Assembly: GCF_004010195.1 (NCBI RefSeq)
Contig: NC_057759.1
Location: 2,845,269 to 2,909,268 of the forward strand
Direction of reading: 5' to 3'
Length of the DNA: 64,000 bases
Origin: Chiloscyllium plagiosum
Taxonomy: Eukaryota
Part shown: piece by piece, positions 12,801 to 26,215 of the stretch
How positions within the stretch are numbered: the first letter of the stretch is position 1
How the letters are laid out: each line of letters begins with the position of its first letter
The notes under the pieces: model-generated
Seen by the model: only the letters and a program-made list of their open reading frames with translations
Database searches by the model: none
What the model was told of the DNA's origin: nothing
Made by a program: the position numbers and the translations under genes

Positions 12801-13266
12801 GCATAATATTGGAGAAGATACAGATGTAAGGATTAAGATTTAATGTTTATTCTTTAAATTTGTTTCTACGTTTTAAACATCACTGGGGATAATTCCATTC
12901 TCAGCACGATGTTCGACAACAAATTCTTTCATTGAATTGATTTTTGTTCAACAATAGGTAAGAGAGGAAATCATGCACGTTAAACCAGGAGTCAGCAGTT
13001 ACAGTGTGAAGGAAATGGTGGAGTTTTGATAGATTTGCATTCTACTGTGACCTACCTACCTAACGTCACATGCACTCTTTCTGCAGTTAGACTCCATCTT
13101 ACCGTAATGTACGAGAAATAACCAAAGTTGCTAATGCTGTTTTTCCATGCCAGGAGTTAAATTAAAATGTGGGGAAGCTGTCATTTACAAAAAAACACAT
13201 ATTTGTCAGATTTATTTACTGGAAATACCTGTTTTGATGAGGCTTGATTCAATTGTTGATCATCTT

Positions 13267-13766
13267 NNNNNNNNNNNNNNNNNNNNNNNNNNNNNNNNNN
13301 NNNNNNNNNNNNNNNNNNNNNNNNNNNNNNNNNNNNNNNNNNNNNNNNNNNNNNNNNNNNNNNNNNNNNNNNNNNNNNNNNNNNNNNNNNNNNNNNNNNN
13401 NNNNNNNNNNNNNNNNNNNNNNNNNNNNNNNNNNNNNNNNNNNNNNNNNNNNNNNNNNNNNNNNNNNNNNNNNNNNNNNNNNNNNNNNNNNNNNNNNNNN
13501 NNNNNNNNNNNNNNNNNNNNNNNNNNNNNNNNNNNNNNNNNNNNNNNNNNNNNNNNNNNNNNNNNNNNNNNNNNNNNNNNNNNNNNNNNNNNNNNNNNNN
13601 NNNNNNNNNNNNNNNNNNNNNNNNNNNNNNNNNNNNNNNNNNNNNNNNNNNNNNNNNNNNNNNNNNNNNNNNNNNNNNNNNNNNNNNNNNNNNNNNNNNN
13701 NNNNNNNNNNNNNNNNNNNNNNNNNNNNNNNNNNNNNNNNNNNNNNNNNNNNNNNNNNNNNNNNNN
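13267..13766. other. Assembly gap (500 N)
   Basis: Run of N. Confidence 1.
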
Positions 13767-13767
13767 G

Positions 13768-14520
13768 TAGATAATGATGACATAAGGATCAATGTCAAAG
13801 ACTCTGCAATACCCTCCCTGACTTGCCAGAGAATCCTAGGATAAATACCCTCCAGTCCAGGGTCTTATCCATTTTTACACTTTCCAGAATTGCTAACACT
13901 GTTTCCTTATGGACCGCAATCCCTTCTAGTCCAGCAGTCTGCATCTCAGTCTTCTCCTCAACCGTATTGTATTTTTCTAGTGTGAATAGTGACGAAAAGT
14001 ACTCATTTAGCACTTCCCCATTGCCTCTGACTCCACGCACAACTTTGCACTACAGTCCTTGATTGACGCTAATCTTACACTTGTCATTAATTTGTATCAT
14101 ATATTGAGAGAAAGTTTTAGGCTTTTCTCAGATCGTATCCAACAACAAATTCTCATATACCCTCCTCGGTTGTCATAGCTCTCTCTTTGGATCTTTTCTG
14201 GCTACCTTGTGACTCTCAATCGCCATAATTCAGCCTTCACGTCTCATCGCAACCTAAGTCTTCTTCTGCTTGACAAGAGATTCAACTTCCTTAGTAAACC
14301 ACGGCTCCTGCACTCGACAACTTCCTGCCTGTCTGACAGATACATACTTACCAAGGAGACATTAGCTGTTCCTTGAATAAGCTCCACATTTGTATTGTGA
14401 CCATCTCATGCAGTTTCCTTCCCTATCCTTTGCATCCTAAATCTTGTCTAATCGCATTGTAAGTGCTTTTCCTCAGCTGTAGCACTTGCCATCTGGTGTA
14501 TACGTATCCATTTCCACGCG
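13768..14520 (-). mobile_element. CR1-type LINE ORF2 fragment
   Basis: GEVLNEYFSSLFT..VLAILESVKMDK. Confidence 0.85.
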
Positions 14521-15879
14521 AATAGTATTAGCAAACTCCAACCCCCCTCCCCCCTCCTCCCGCCCCACTCGCCCTTTCACTTACAATGTTTCCCTCGGTG
14601 GTTAGAATCGCTCTGTATTACAAACAAGCCACTCTGCCAACTGAGCTACTCAATGCAAACATTTACCCAACAGCAGTAATATGAAGATAGAAAGTTGAAA
14701 GAGTGTTTGTAGATGGTGATACATAGGAGCAGTGCAAGTTAGAGCCAGGGAAACTGTTGCGATACAGAAAAGAAGACATTGTCGGAAATAAGGAAGGTGA
14801 GAAGGGGATTGAGAGAGAAATTGAAATTTAGAGAGAGAGAGAGAGAGAGTAATCAAGTAGAGGCGACCAGGTAGGGTAGGCAGTTCGAGAGAAAAAGGAA
14901 GAGAGGGAGGAAAGATCAGAGTGAGTGGCTGGGAAGGGGTCAAAGCAGGAAAAGTACAGAATTAAATGAAATAACTGACACCTTCCAGGATGCCAGGATC
15001 TCTCAGAGTATTGGAAAGACATGCAATGACTGACGAATGATGTCTCTGTTTTAATTGGAGATGCAAGTTATCTAATTTTTTTGCAGTCGATTTTCAAAAT
15101 TAACAACGGTTTTTGGCTGATCTGGTCAATATTAGGCCTCACCAGCTCAGTGCCCAAATCTCAGTTGTTCCACGCTTTCGAAATGTTATCCTGTAGAAAG
15201 GATACTTTGCACACTACTGAGTGTTCATATATTTGTTATTTCACACTGTCGATATAATATTACTTCAATATTGTTTTACCATAGGCAACACACATTTTGT
15301 ACACTGCCGAGTATCCAAATATCAGCCATCCCATTGTAGTGTTACAGACAATCCAGCAGCTGAATACCGCTGAAAACACAAATATAAGTTACTCCACACT
15401 GTCTCCATTGCATCAGAATGTCTCTTTGTGTGTGAGTTTGGATGTGGTTCAGCATGTGGTTTACTCTATGTGGTTGTGTATGGTGCCTGTGTGAGACTGT
15501 GTGAGTGTGTGTGAGAGACTGCGTAAGTGTGTGTGTCTGTGTGTGTTTGAGTGCATGTGTATGGGTGGCAGTGTGAGTGCGCATGTGTTACTGCACCTGT
15601 GAGACTTCATGTATGTTAATGTAAGAAGGTCATGTCTTCACAACTTAATAGAATTCTTCGAGGAAGTGGCAAAGTTGATTTATGAGGGAAGGGCTCTAGA
15701 TGTCATAAATATGGACTTCAGTTAGGCGTTTGATAAGTGTCCCCTTGGTACCCACATGGAGAATGGGAATTTGCATGGGGCCTAGAGTGCACTCGCTCAA
15801 CGGATAAAGAACTGGCTGGGCAACAGGAGAGAGAGAGAGTAATAGTGGGAGAGATCTTCTCAAAATGGTGGCCAGTGAC

Positions 15880-18270
15880 TTGCCTCCACAACTGCTGTTT
15901 GCAACACATTCCATGCTCTCACAACTCTCTGTGTAAAGAACCCGCCTCTGACATCCCCTCTATACTTTCCTCCAACCAGCTTAAAACTATGACCCCTCAT
16001 GTTAGTCATTTCTGCCCTGGGAAATAGTCTCTGGTTATCAACTCTATCTATGCCTCTCATTATCTTGTCTACCTCAATTAGGTCCTCTCTTCTCCTTTTC
16101 TCCAATGAAAAAGTCCGAGCTCAGTCAACCTCTCCTCATAAGATAAGCCCTCCAGTCCAGGCAGCATCCTGGTAAACCTCCTCTGAACCCTCTCCAAATC
16201 AACCACATCTTTCTTATAATAGGGCGACCAGAACTGGACGCAGTATTCCAAGTGCGATCTAACCAAAGTTTTATAGAGCTGCAACAAGATCTCATGACTC
16301 TTAAACTCAATAACCGTGTTAATGAAAGCCAAAACACCATATGCTTTCTTAACAACCCTATCAACTTGGGTGGCCATTTTAAGGGATCTATGTACCTGCA
16401 CACCAAGATCCCTCTGTTCCTCCACACTGCCAAGAATCCTATCCTTAATCCTGTACTCACCTTTCAAATTCGACCTTCCAAAATGCATCACCTCGCATTT
16501 ATCCAGGTTGAACACCATCTGCCACCTCTCAGCCCATCTCTGCATCCTGTCAATGTCCCGCTGCAGCCTACAACAGCCCTCTATACTGTCAACGACACCT
16601 CCAACCTTTGTGTCATCTGCAAACATGCTGACCCATCCTTCAATCCCCTCATCCAAGTCATTAATAAAAATTACAAACTATAGAGGGCCAAGGACAGAGC
16701 CTGTGGAACACCACTCACCACAGACTTCCAGGCAGAATATTTTCCTTCTACTACCACTCGCTGTCTTCTGTTGGCCAGTCAATTCTGAATCCAGACAGCT
16801 ATGTTCCCCTGAATCCCATTCCTCCTGACCTTCTGAATGAACCTACCATGGGTTACCTTATCAAATGCCTTGCTGAAGTCCATATACACCACATCCAGAG
16901 CTCGACCTTCATCAATCTTTCTAGTCGCATCCTCAAAGAACTCGATAAGGTTTGTGAAGCATGACCTGCCCCTCCCAAAGCCATGTTGACTGCATTTAAT
17001 CAAGCCATGCTCTTCCAGATGGTCATAAATCCTATCCCTCAGAAACCTTTCTAACACATTGCAGACGACAGACGTGAGACTTACTGGTCTGTAATTGTCG
17101 GGAATTTCCCTATTTCCTTTCTTGAAGAGAGGAATTACATTTGCCTCTCTCCAGTCCTCAGGTACGACTCCAGTGGAGAACGAGGATGAAAAGATCTTCG
17201 CAAGTGGCGAAGCAATTGCATTTCTCGTTTCCCAAAGCAGCCGAGGACAAATCTGGTCTGGGCCTGGCGACTTGTCAATCTTAATGTTTGACAAAATTTT
17301 CAGCACATCAGCTTCCTCTATCTCTATCCATTTCAGCATGCACACCTGCTCCTCAAACGTTTCATTCACTACAAAGTTCGTTTCTTTCGTAAAGACAAAA
17401 GCAAAAAACTCATTTAGGGCCTACCTCCTCAGACTCCACACACAAATTCCCTATGCTATCCCTGATCGGCCCTACTCTTTCTTTGACCATTCTCTTATTC
17501 CTCACATAAGTGTAAAATGCCTTTGTGTTCTCCCTAATCCGTTCTGCCAAGCCTTTCTCGTGTCCTATCCTGGCTCTCCTCAGACCATTTTTAAGCTCCC
17601 TCCTCGCCTGCCTGTAATCCTGTAGAGATGGAAATGTGTTGCTGGAAAAGCGCAGCAACACATTTCCATCTCTGATCTCCAGCATCTGCAGACCTCACTT
17701 TCTCCTCAAAGATGTAATCCTCTAAAGCTGAGCTTGACCCGAGCTTCCTCCACCTTATGTAAGCTACCTTCTTCCTTTTGTCGAGAAGCTCCACCGCTCT
17801 CGTCATCCAAGGTTCCTTTATCTTACCCCTTCTTGCCTGTCTCAGAGGGACATATTTATTCATCACTTGCAACAACTGTTCCTTAAACAGTCTCCACATA
17901 TCTATAGTGCCTTTACCATGGAACAATTGCTCCCAATTCATGCTTCCTAACTCATGTCTAATCGCATCATAGTTTCCTCTTCCCCAATTAAATATCCTCC
18001 CATTTTGCCTAATCCTCTCCTTCTCCAAAGCTGTGTAGAATGTGAGGCAGTTGTGGTCACTATCACCAAAATGCTCTCCCACCACAAGATCTGATACCTG
18101 TCCCGGCTCGTTTCCGAGCACTAAGTCTCGAATGCCCTCTCCCCTCGTCGGCCTGTCAACGTATTGAGTTAGGAAACCCTCCTGAACACACCTTACAAAA
18201 ACAGCTCCATTCAAATCTTCTGCTCAAAGGAGGTTCCAATCAATATTGGCAAAGTTAAAGTCACCCATTA
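15880..18270 (-). mobile_element. CR1/HER1-type LINE, long ORF2 (RT) segment with few frameshifts
   Basis: ORFs FLTQYVDRPTRG..GDSDH, KSPGPD..NYRPVSLTS..SQHGF..DVVYMDFSKAFDKV, SMFADDTK..RSHLEYCVQFWSP. Confidence 0.95.
17622..17712. mobile_element. 91-bp Penelope hairpin nested in CR1, 9-bp TSD
   Basis: Inverted repeat agagatggaaatgtgttgctg/cagcaacacatttccatctct. TSD tgtaatcct at 17613-17621 and 17713-17721. Confidence 0.85.
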
Positions 18271-20134
18271 CAACAACCCATTACAACTCCCATTACAACA
18301 ACCCTACAACAACCATAATGATGGAGGAAGTCTGTGTTTAGGAATGGTGTTAACACCAGGCAAAAGGGAGATAGATAAACAACAGATTGTAACAATAAAT
18401 AAGACTACCCTTCCCCACTGATGTGAAGGCATTAAGATTATTTTCGAGCTTGATTGAATATTCGCCAGAACAAATTATCGCGACAAAGCCAGCACCAATA
18501 ATGACACTATTAAAGAAAAGTCTCCCACAGGAATGGCTGCCAGGTACACATGCAATGATACTTTTGAAATAGGGCTTGGTGAATGCTCCTGCTCTTAAAC
18601 ACTCAAACTCAGCGGAACCATCTTCTTTGGTGGTGGCTGCAACAGACCCCACAGTGTTAGCAAGAGGTACATAGTCATTTGAGATGTTTAGTCTATGCTT
18701 CGTGCATATTCACGCCAATAGAGAAAGGGGACACAACATGTGAAAGGCTTTTATTGTCAGTGTTCTGGGCATTACAATGTTTTATTTACATTGTAGGGTT
18801 TAACACATTGACAATTCTTAAAGAACATGCATTCACTTAGATTCTTTTGGATGAGCATATTAATGATGGCACAATGAGTCAAAATAGGATTGCCAGAATA
18901 ATGATGCTGTTACAAGAAAGGAACATAAAGGGACAAAGAGTTGAAAATGCCATCATGTTAGCAGACAGCTCAATTTACCAGGGGACAAATCATGAATGTC
19001 ATGTGCTGGTAGCAAACGATCCCAAAGGGCCGTTTGCATTCAAGCAAAACGGAGGCACTTAACATTTTTGTTGACAGCTCTTCATCTCTGCAGAATGGGC
19101 AACAGAAGACAAGATGTGGAATGTATATAGAGAAGCTTAATAGAGTGGAATGTAGATCTTGGGTTATCACAGAGTTTAGAGAGTGCAGAAAATTTAGGTA
19201 TGTGTCCAGCAACAAGATCAGCTTTCATGCTTTATAAGGACAACTATCCCACAACTACAGTTCGACCCACGACTACCATGAAACCCAGTACTGCTCAAAG
19301 TCACAATGTAGCAAATCAGAAATACAGTGGGTATTTTAATGTGGGAAGAAAATGTATCGTTGTTGCCTGCATACAGACACACACGGGTAGTGTTTAATCT
19401 GTCAGATGTACAGATATCATCTTGGTGTCATAGTACAACAGCTCTTTACTTGTTTACGTCGGAGACTACTTAGTTATGGTAGACTTAACCTAGTGCAATA
19501 AAGATGGAATGAATGGACATTCCTAAAGGAATGATCAAAGAAAGAGAATTTGCTTTTGTACAAACTGTTCATTATCTATTTTCCCAGTGAACAGCCAAAC
19601 ATTTTTCTCAGCATTGTCCCATTGGAGATGTGTATTATATTTCCATCGCAGCCTCAGGATACCACACAGACAGAAATGAGTGTTTGAAAGTATATAATTT
19701 GCCGATTGGTAATGTTTCTTCTTATTTAGCCATTGGCAACCAATTTTCATTAAACCTAATGGGAAATTGTAGGTAACATTATCTAGCTACCAAAACAACG
19801 CAGATGAGAATTATGACAATTCGGTAGTTACAAAAGTTCCACCTATTCCACACTTCATTGCAGACTGAATGGAGATGAACGAAAGCCAAGGAGTTATTCA
19901 TAAATAGTCCATACGGGCGAAACAGATCCAAAGCTCATGCAGAAAAAGCAAGCAAGATATGGCAGGCTCCAAGTGTCTGGAATAAACACTTGGACGGGGA
20001 ACTGAATATTCAGGTCCATCTGTGGATCAGGGTTGTCTTCCGCATAATTGTTATTTTCCAATTTGTTATAATTATTGTAGACGTACCCTAGACTCTCCCA
20101 CAAGGGAAAACGACCTCTCCATATCTATCCTCTT

Positions 20135-20466
20135 AGAATCTTAGAACCCCAACATTGTGCAAACAGGCCCTTCAGCCCAACAAGTCCACACTGACTGTAC
20201 GAACACTATCGAACCCAAACCCATTCCCCTACATTTACCCCTGACTAATGCATCTAACCTACACATCCCTGAACACTATGGGCAATTTACCACGACCAAA
20301 TCAGCTAACCAGCATATTCTTGAATTGTGGTTGGAAACTGGACCGCCCAGAAGAAACCCACATTGACATGGGGAGAATTTGCAAATGACATGCAGGCAGT
20401 CACCCAAGCTGGAATCCAACCCAGGTCACTGGGTCTGTGGAGCTGCAGTGCTAACCACTGTGCCGC
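20135..20466 (-). mobile_element. HE1-type V-SINE
   Basis: Reverse complement of the SINE at 34928, with tRNA-like head cggcacagtggttagcactgc. Confidence 0.85.
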
Positions 20467-20529
20467 TCTAAGAAGCATCATCCTGTCAAGTCCCCTAAGA
20501 ATGCAATATTACAGTAAGGTGACGTGTCC

Positions 20530-22450
20530 TCTAAAAACTAGGGATAGAAATGGCATGATCAGGGAATCATGGATTACAGGTGAAATTGTGACACTAGCCA
20601 AGAGGAAAAATAAGTATACATAAGGTCTAGGCGAATGAAACAGATGAAGCTTTGGAACAACATCGGGAATGTCAGATCAATCTGAAAGGGGTCATGAAAT
20701 ATCTTTAGCAAACAGGGTCACGGTAAAACCCAAAGCCTTTTATTTGCGGCAAGAGAGTAACTAGAGAACTGATTGGCCCATTCAAGGACAAAGAAAAAGG
20801 GCGAGATTTAATGAGTACTTTGCATCTGTATTCAACGAGGAGAGGGACATGAAGAATGTTGATGTTAGGGATAGATATTTGATTACTCTAGGTCAGGTCG
20901 ACATAATAAGGGAGGAAGTGTTGCTATTCTAAAAAGCATTAAGGTCGACAAGTCCCCAGATCTGGATGTTATCTATCAGAGTTTACTGAGGGGGGAGTAG
21001 CTGGAGCCTTAACAGACACCTTTGTAGCATCATTGAATACGGGTGAAATGGAGAATTGCCAATGTTGTTCCCTTGCTTCAGAAGGGCAGCAGAGAATCCA
21101 GGAAATTATAGACTGGTGATTCCGATGTCAGTGTTAGTGAAGCTGCTGGCGAAGACACTGAGGGATAGGATCTATTTATGTTTGGAAGAAAATGGGTTTA
21201 TCAGTGATAGCCAACATGATTTTGCGCAGGAACGTAATGATTTACCAATTTATTAGAATTCTTTGAGGAAGTGACAAAGTTGATTGATGAGGGAAAGGTT
21301 TTGGATGTCATATACATGGACTTCAGTAAGTCCTTTGATAAGGTTCTCCATGATAGGCTGGTAGGGAAAGTGAAGTTGCATGGGGTCCAGCGTGTACCAG
21401 CTCAATGGATAGACAACTGGCTGGGCAACATGAGACAGAGAGTAATAGTGGAAGGGAGTTTCTCAAAATGTAGAACTGTGACCAAAGGTATTCAACAGGG
21501 ATTCGTGTTGGGACCACTGTTGTTTGTGATGTACAAAAATGATTTGGATGAAGGTATAGATGGTCAAAATAGCACATATACAGTTGGCAATAAGATTGGT
21601 GGAGTAGCAGATAGGGAAGGTTATGTCAGAGAATGCAGCAGAACACAGGTAGATTGGAGAGTTGGGCAGAGAATTGGCAGATGGATTTCAACCCAAGCAA
21701 ATGTGAGGTGATGCATTTTGGAAGATCCAATTCAAGAGCAAACTATACAGTAAATGAAAAAGCGCTGGGTAATTTTGATGTGCAGAGAGATCTGGGTGTT
21801 CCAGTCCACTGTACCCTGAAGGTGGCAACACAGGTCGGTGGAGTGTTCAAAAGGTATACAGCATGCTTCCCTTCATCGGACGAGGTATTGAGTACAACAT
21901 TTGGCAGTCACGTTGCAGTTGTATAGGACTTTGGTTCAGCCACATTTGGAATACTTCGTGCAGATCTGGTCGGCACATTACCAAAATGATGTGGATGCTT
22001 TGGAGAGGGTGCAGAAGAGGTTCACCAGGATGTTACCTGGTATGGAGGGCGCTAGCTATGAAGAGAGGTTGAGTGGATTAAGTTGTTTTTATTAGCAAGA
22101 TAGTGGTTGAGGTGGGACCAAAATCATGAGAGGCACACACGTGCTGGGTAGAAAAATGCTTTTTTCAAAAATTGTGGGACTCAAATACTGGGGGTCACCA
22201 GTTTAAGGTAAAAGGGGAAAGGTTTAAGGTAGGTATGCGTGGAAACATCTTAACACATAGGATGCTGGGTGCCAGGAATGTGTTGGAGGTGATACACGTG
22301 GGCATTTTAACGTCATTTATGATGTATCTAAACATATGCATGATTCGGCTAGAAGTAGATTGATATAGATCTTTAGAAGGTAGGTGACAGCTTGAGATAT
22401 AGGATCAGGATCAGCGCAGGCTTGGAGGGACAAAGGGCCAGTTCCTGTGC
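20530..22450 (+). mobile_element. Degraded CR1-type LINE
   Basis: DVIYMDFSKSFDKV..QGFVLGPLLF, LYRTLVQPHLEYFVQIW..RFTRMLPG. Confidence 0.9.
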
Positions 22451-22559
22451 TCAATTTTATTTGTTTTTGTTCATTTAATTCTTCTAAACTTCTCATCCTC
22501 TCCTCATACGGCAGTGCCTAAATTCCTGAGATCAGCCTGGTGTCCAACATTATGTCAGA

Positions 22560-23405
22560 AGTAGATGTGATCATCAATGATTGTACAATGGCTCCTCAAG
22601 TCCTAAGGCAGTCCATGTTCAGGTGCAGCAAGATCTGTGCTGTGTAGTACCCAGGCTTGAGCTGACGAGTGGCAAATAACATTCATGACATACAAATGAC
22701 AGGCATGGACCATTACCAATAAGATACATTCCAATCACTGTCCCTTGACATTCAATGATACCATAACGAATCCGCCACTATCAATATTCTTGAGCTTGCC
22801 ATTGACCAGAAACTCACCACCTAAACACAATTGCTGTAAGAGCAGTCACAAGCAAGGAATACTGAGGTGAGTAACTCATCTGATTACCTAAGGCCTGTCA
22901 ATAATTAATGAAGCTTAAGTCAGGAGTGTGATGGATACTCCCTACTTGCCTGGATGAGTACAGCTCCAACAACACTTTATGTTCCATCCAGGAACAAACA
23001 CGATTAATTGCGCATCTACAAACATCCACACTCTCCAACCCCAAAACGAAGTTAAAACAGTATGCTATCTAAAAATACACTGCAAAAATTCACCAATGAT
23101 CCTCAGACAGCAACTTCCAAATCTATGGACACTTCTATCTTAAAGGACAAATGTAGCAGATACCTGGAAACATCGGTTCTTGCAAGTTCCACTCCAAGCC
23201 ACTCACCATTTAACTTGGAAGTATATCATCGTTTCTTCTCTGATGCTGGGTAAATACAGTGAAATTCTTTACAATGATGTTGTGGGTCAACCTGCAGCAC
23301 ATGGACTTCAGAGATCCAAGAAAGCATCTCACCACCTCCTTCTCAAGGGCATTTAGGGATGGGCAATAAGTGGTGGCCATCCAGTCGACACCCACATCCC
23401 AGGCA
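22560..23405 (+). mobile_element. Degraded LINE 3' portion sharing the SINE-like tail; related minus copies near 26715-27345 and 43025-43570
   Basis: RT C-terminal remnants (caagtcaggagtgtgatgga-like) ending ttagggatgggcaataa. Confidence 0.65.
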
Positions 23406-23419
23406 ATGCATTCCAATCG

Positions 23420-23985
23420 TCCCTGGCCATCACATCCTATCCTATGGCTCAAATTCACTCTAAAGCTTCCCTCTACCATTTTAAAATTGTGTCGTTGTTA
23501 TTGATCCTTCACTTAACGGTAACATATGCTTCCATCACCCCTGTATTACATGCTCCCCTCAATATTTTCTGCTCCAAATTTAGCAATCAGAGCTTATCCA
23601 GCCTCTGTACATAAATGAAATACTCCATCCCAGACAACATCCTGATGAATCTTTTCTGCAATCCGTCCAATGTAATCACATCCTTCATACAATGTGGAGA
23701 CTGGAACTGTACACAGTACTCCAGCTGTAGCCTCACCACAGTCCTGTACAGCTCCATCATCACCTCCCTGCTCTTTTAATCTATATACCATGACTGATGA
23801 AGTTAAGTGTTCAATTTGCCACCTTAACTAATTAATGTTTCCTGCTGCCTTCACGGACTGTGGACAAACACCTCAACATGCTTCTGTTAGTCTGGGATTT
23901 CTCAGCTCCTGCCATTGATTGAGCACGCTCTTGTCGTTTCTCTTCTTCCAAACTGTATTTGCTCGTATTTAAATTCGATCTGCCA
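23420..23985 (-). mobile_element. CR1-type LINE 3' fragment
   Basis: Minus-strand gctgtacaggactgtggtgaggctacagctggagtactgtgtacag matches the LY..VR..LEYCVQ block. Confidence 0.75.
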
Positions 23986-25364
23986 CTAATTCTTCTTTGA
24001 CTTGGTGAGTTGGCTTACTAACAGGGAGAGAGGGATGCCAGAAAATGGCAGGACTACAGCTGATGTGTTGAAGATCCAACACAGTTATTGTGGGACGGTC
24101 ATGGAACGTATGGCCTAAGTTTATCTGTCACCTTTCCTGGGGATGATCCTGTCGCACTGTTGGAACAGACTCACGAGAGGGCGACAGCACACTTTTAACT
24201 GCTGAGCATGACCACCTTCTGACGTTGATTCCAGCCTCTACTTCAATGTTTTAGCTTCAGCATAGAAAAGGGGAACATTTGGCAGAGATTCTAGTCTACT
24301 CTAATCTGTCTCTGCTACATGTCAGTGTGAACAGGTGCACTGACATGTCAAATGAACGTGCATCAACAACACAGAAATATTGTTCCACGGCACAGAAAAA
24401 TTGGACCTTCGGTCCCTCAAATGTGTGACACTCGAAAACAAGAGCATTTCTATTGTTTTATTCAGCCACAGGATTTGACATCATTGGATGGGCCAGCATT
24501 TATCATCTTCCCTAATTGCCAAGATAACAGCTGTAGGTCAACCACATCACTGAAGGTTTGGAGTCACCTGAATTGAAGGTTTCAGTAAAGGGGAGCAGTG
24601 AACCAGATGGATACCTACACGAAGCAATAACAGTGCCTAGGTCACCATTAGACTCTTCATTTCAAACTTTTAAAATGAATTCCAATTCTTCCAGTAGCTC
24701 AGCTCCACATTAAACATAGTTCCTCAGAATGCTCCATATCTCTCGATGAACAATCTATGAATAGTACCAATGGGCAACCACCTCCCCAGTAATTGAGTCA
24801 CGTTCTAATAGGAATTTCCAGCACTTGCCCCGTTGCCTTGCATACCTCGGCATGGTAAGTGCATATCAAGTTGAGCATGATCAAATCAGCCATGACCTCA
24901 TTGAATTATTGAGCTATCTCGATGAGCACTCCCTCTTTAGCAACAATGTTTGAAGTAGGGAGACCAAACCAACACAAAATTCTCCTGCGGGAGTCTCACC
25001 AAGGCCCCATGCAATTTCAATGAGGTTTCACGACTTTTGAACTCTTGTCTTCTTGCAATGAAGGCCAACGTACTATTTGCCTTCCTCATGGTATGCTGCA
25101 GGTCAGGCTGTGAATAAATGGCTGGCTCACAATAAGTACAGAAATTCACAACAGCTTGAGAAAGATGATTAGTCAGGATGGCGACTGGTTCCGCTTCAGA
25201 AGTAAATATTGAAGAACATATTTGAGCTCTTAAAAAAAGTGAAACTATTGGAAGACAACTGCTTGTGGTTTAACCTGATGGTCGCCACACCTTACATGAG
25301 GGGAGAGCTTAGGAAGGTGGAACCTGCATGGTATTAATGGCTTGGAGGAAGGAACTGACTGTTC

Positions 25365-26215
25365 TGTCGCCAAAACTGACATAACAATAGGTGGAAAAGC
25401 AGATTGTGAAAGGGGTGCAAACACTTTATAGAGAAATGTTGATAGTTTAAGTCAGTGGAGAAATAAAAGTTGGCAAATGGTGTATGATGTGCGAAGACAT
25501 GAGGTTGTTAATCTCGGAATGGAGAACAGAAGAACAGAATATTATTTAAACGGAGAAAGCTGCAACACAAGGGATTTGTACGAATTTCTGCATAGAGGGA
25601 AGCAGTCAATCAGGAAGGACTAATAGAATGTTGATCGTTATTTAAAAGGCGTTGGAGTATAAGAGTAGTGAAGTGGGTCTGCAACTGTACAAGGTGCTGG
25701 TAAGACCACATCTGTGAGCACTCCTCATCCTGTTATTAAAGGAAGGATATTGTTTCATTGGAGGCAGTTCAGAGAAGGTTCACAGGGATGATGCTGTTAT
25801 GGACGGATTCTCTTCTAAGAAAAGGATAAAGCAGTTGGAACTCTTCTCACTGGAGTTTAGAAGAATGAGAGATGATATCACATGAAACACATGGGATTCT
25901 TAATGGGCTTAACAGCGTAAATGCTGACAGGGTATTCCCCTCATAGGAGAGACCATGACCAGTATCACAGAATAATGAAGCACCAATTTAAGACGAAGAT
26001 AAGAAAGAAATTATTTTTTTCAGATGTTTGTGAATATTTGGAACTCCTTGTCACAGAGAGCTGTTGGAGAGGGGAGTAGGGATGAGAAATCCTTATGTAT
26101 ATTTAAGGTTGAAATAGATTAATTCTTGATCGGTACAGGAATCGGCGGTGACAGGCAAAGGGCAATAATGTGGAGCTGAAAATTGTCAGACCAACTTTGA
26201 TCCTACTGAATAACA
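25365..26215 (+). mobile_element. CR1-type LINE 3' fragment
   Basis: ctgtacaaggtgctggtaagaccacatctg..ggaggcagttcagagaaggttcac. Confidence 0.8.

Noticed and set aside
15139..15405. CRISPR-like array
   Set aside because: Vertebrate DNA, highly degenerate repeats and no cas genes.
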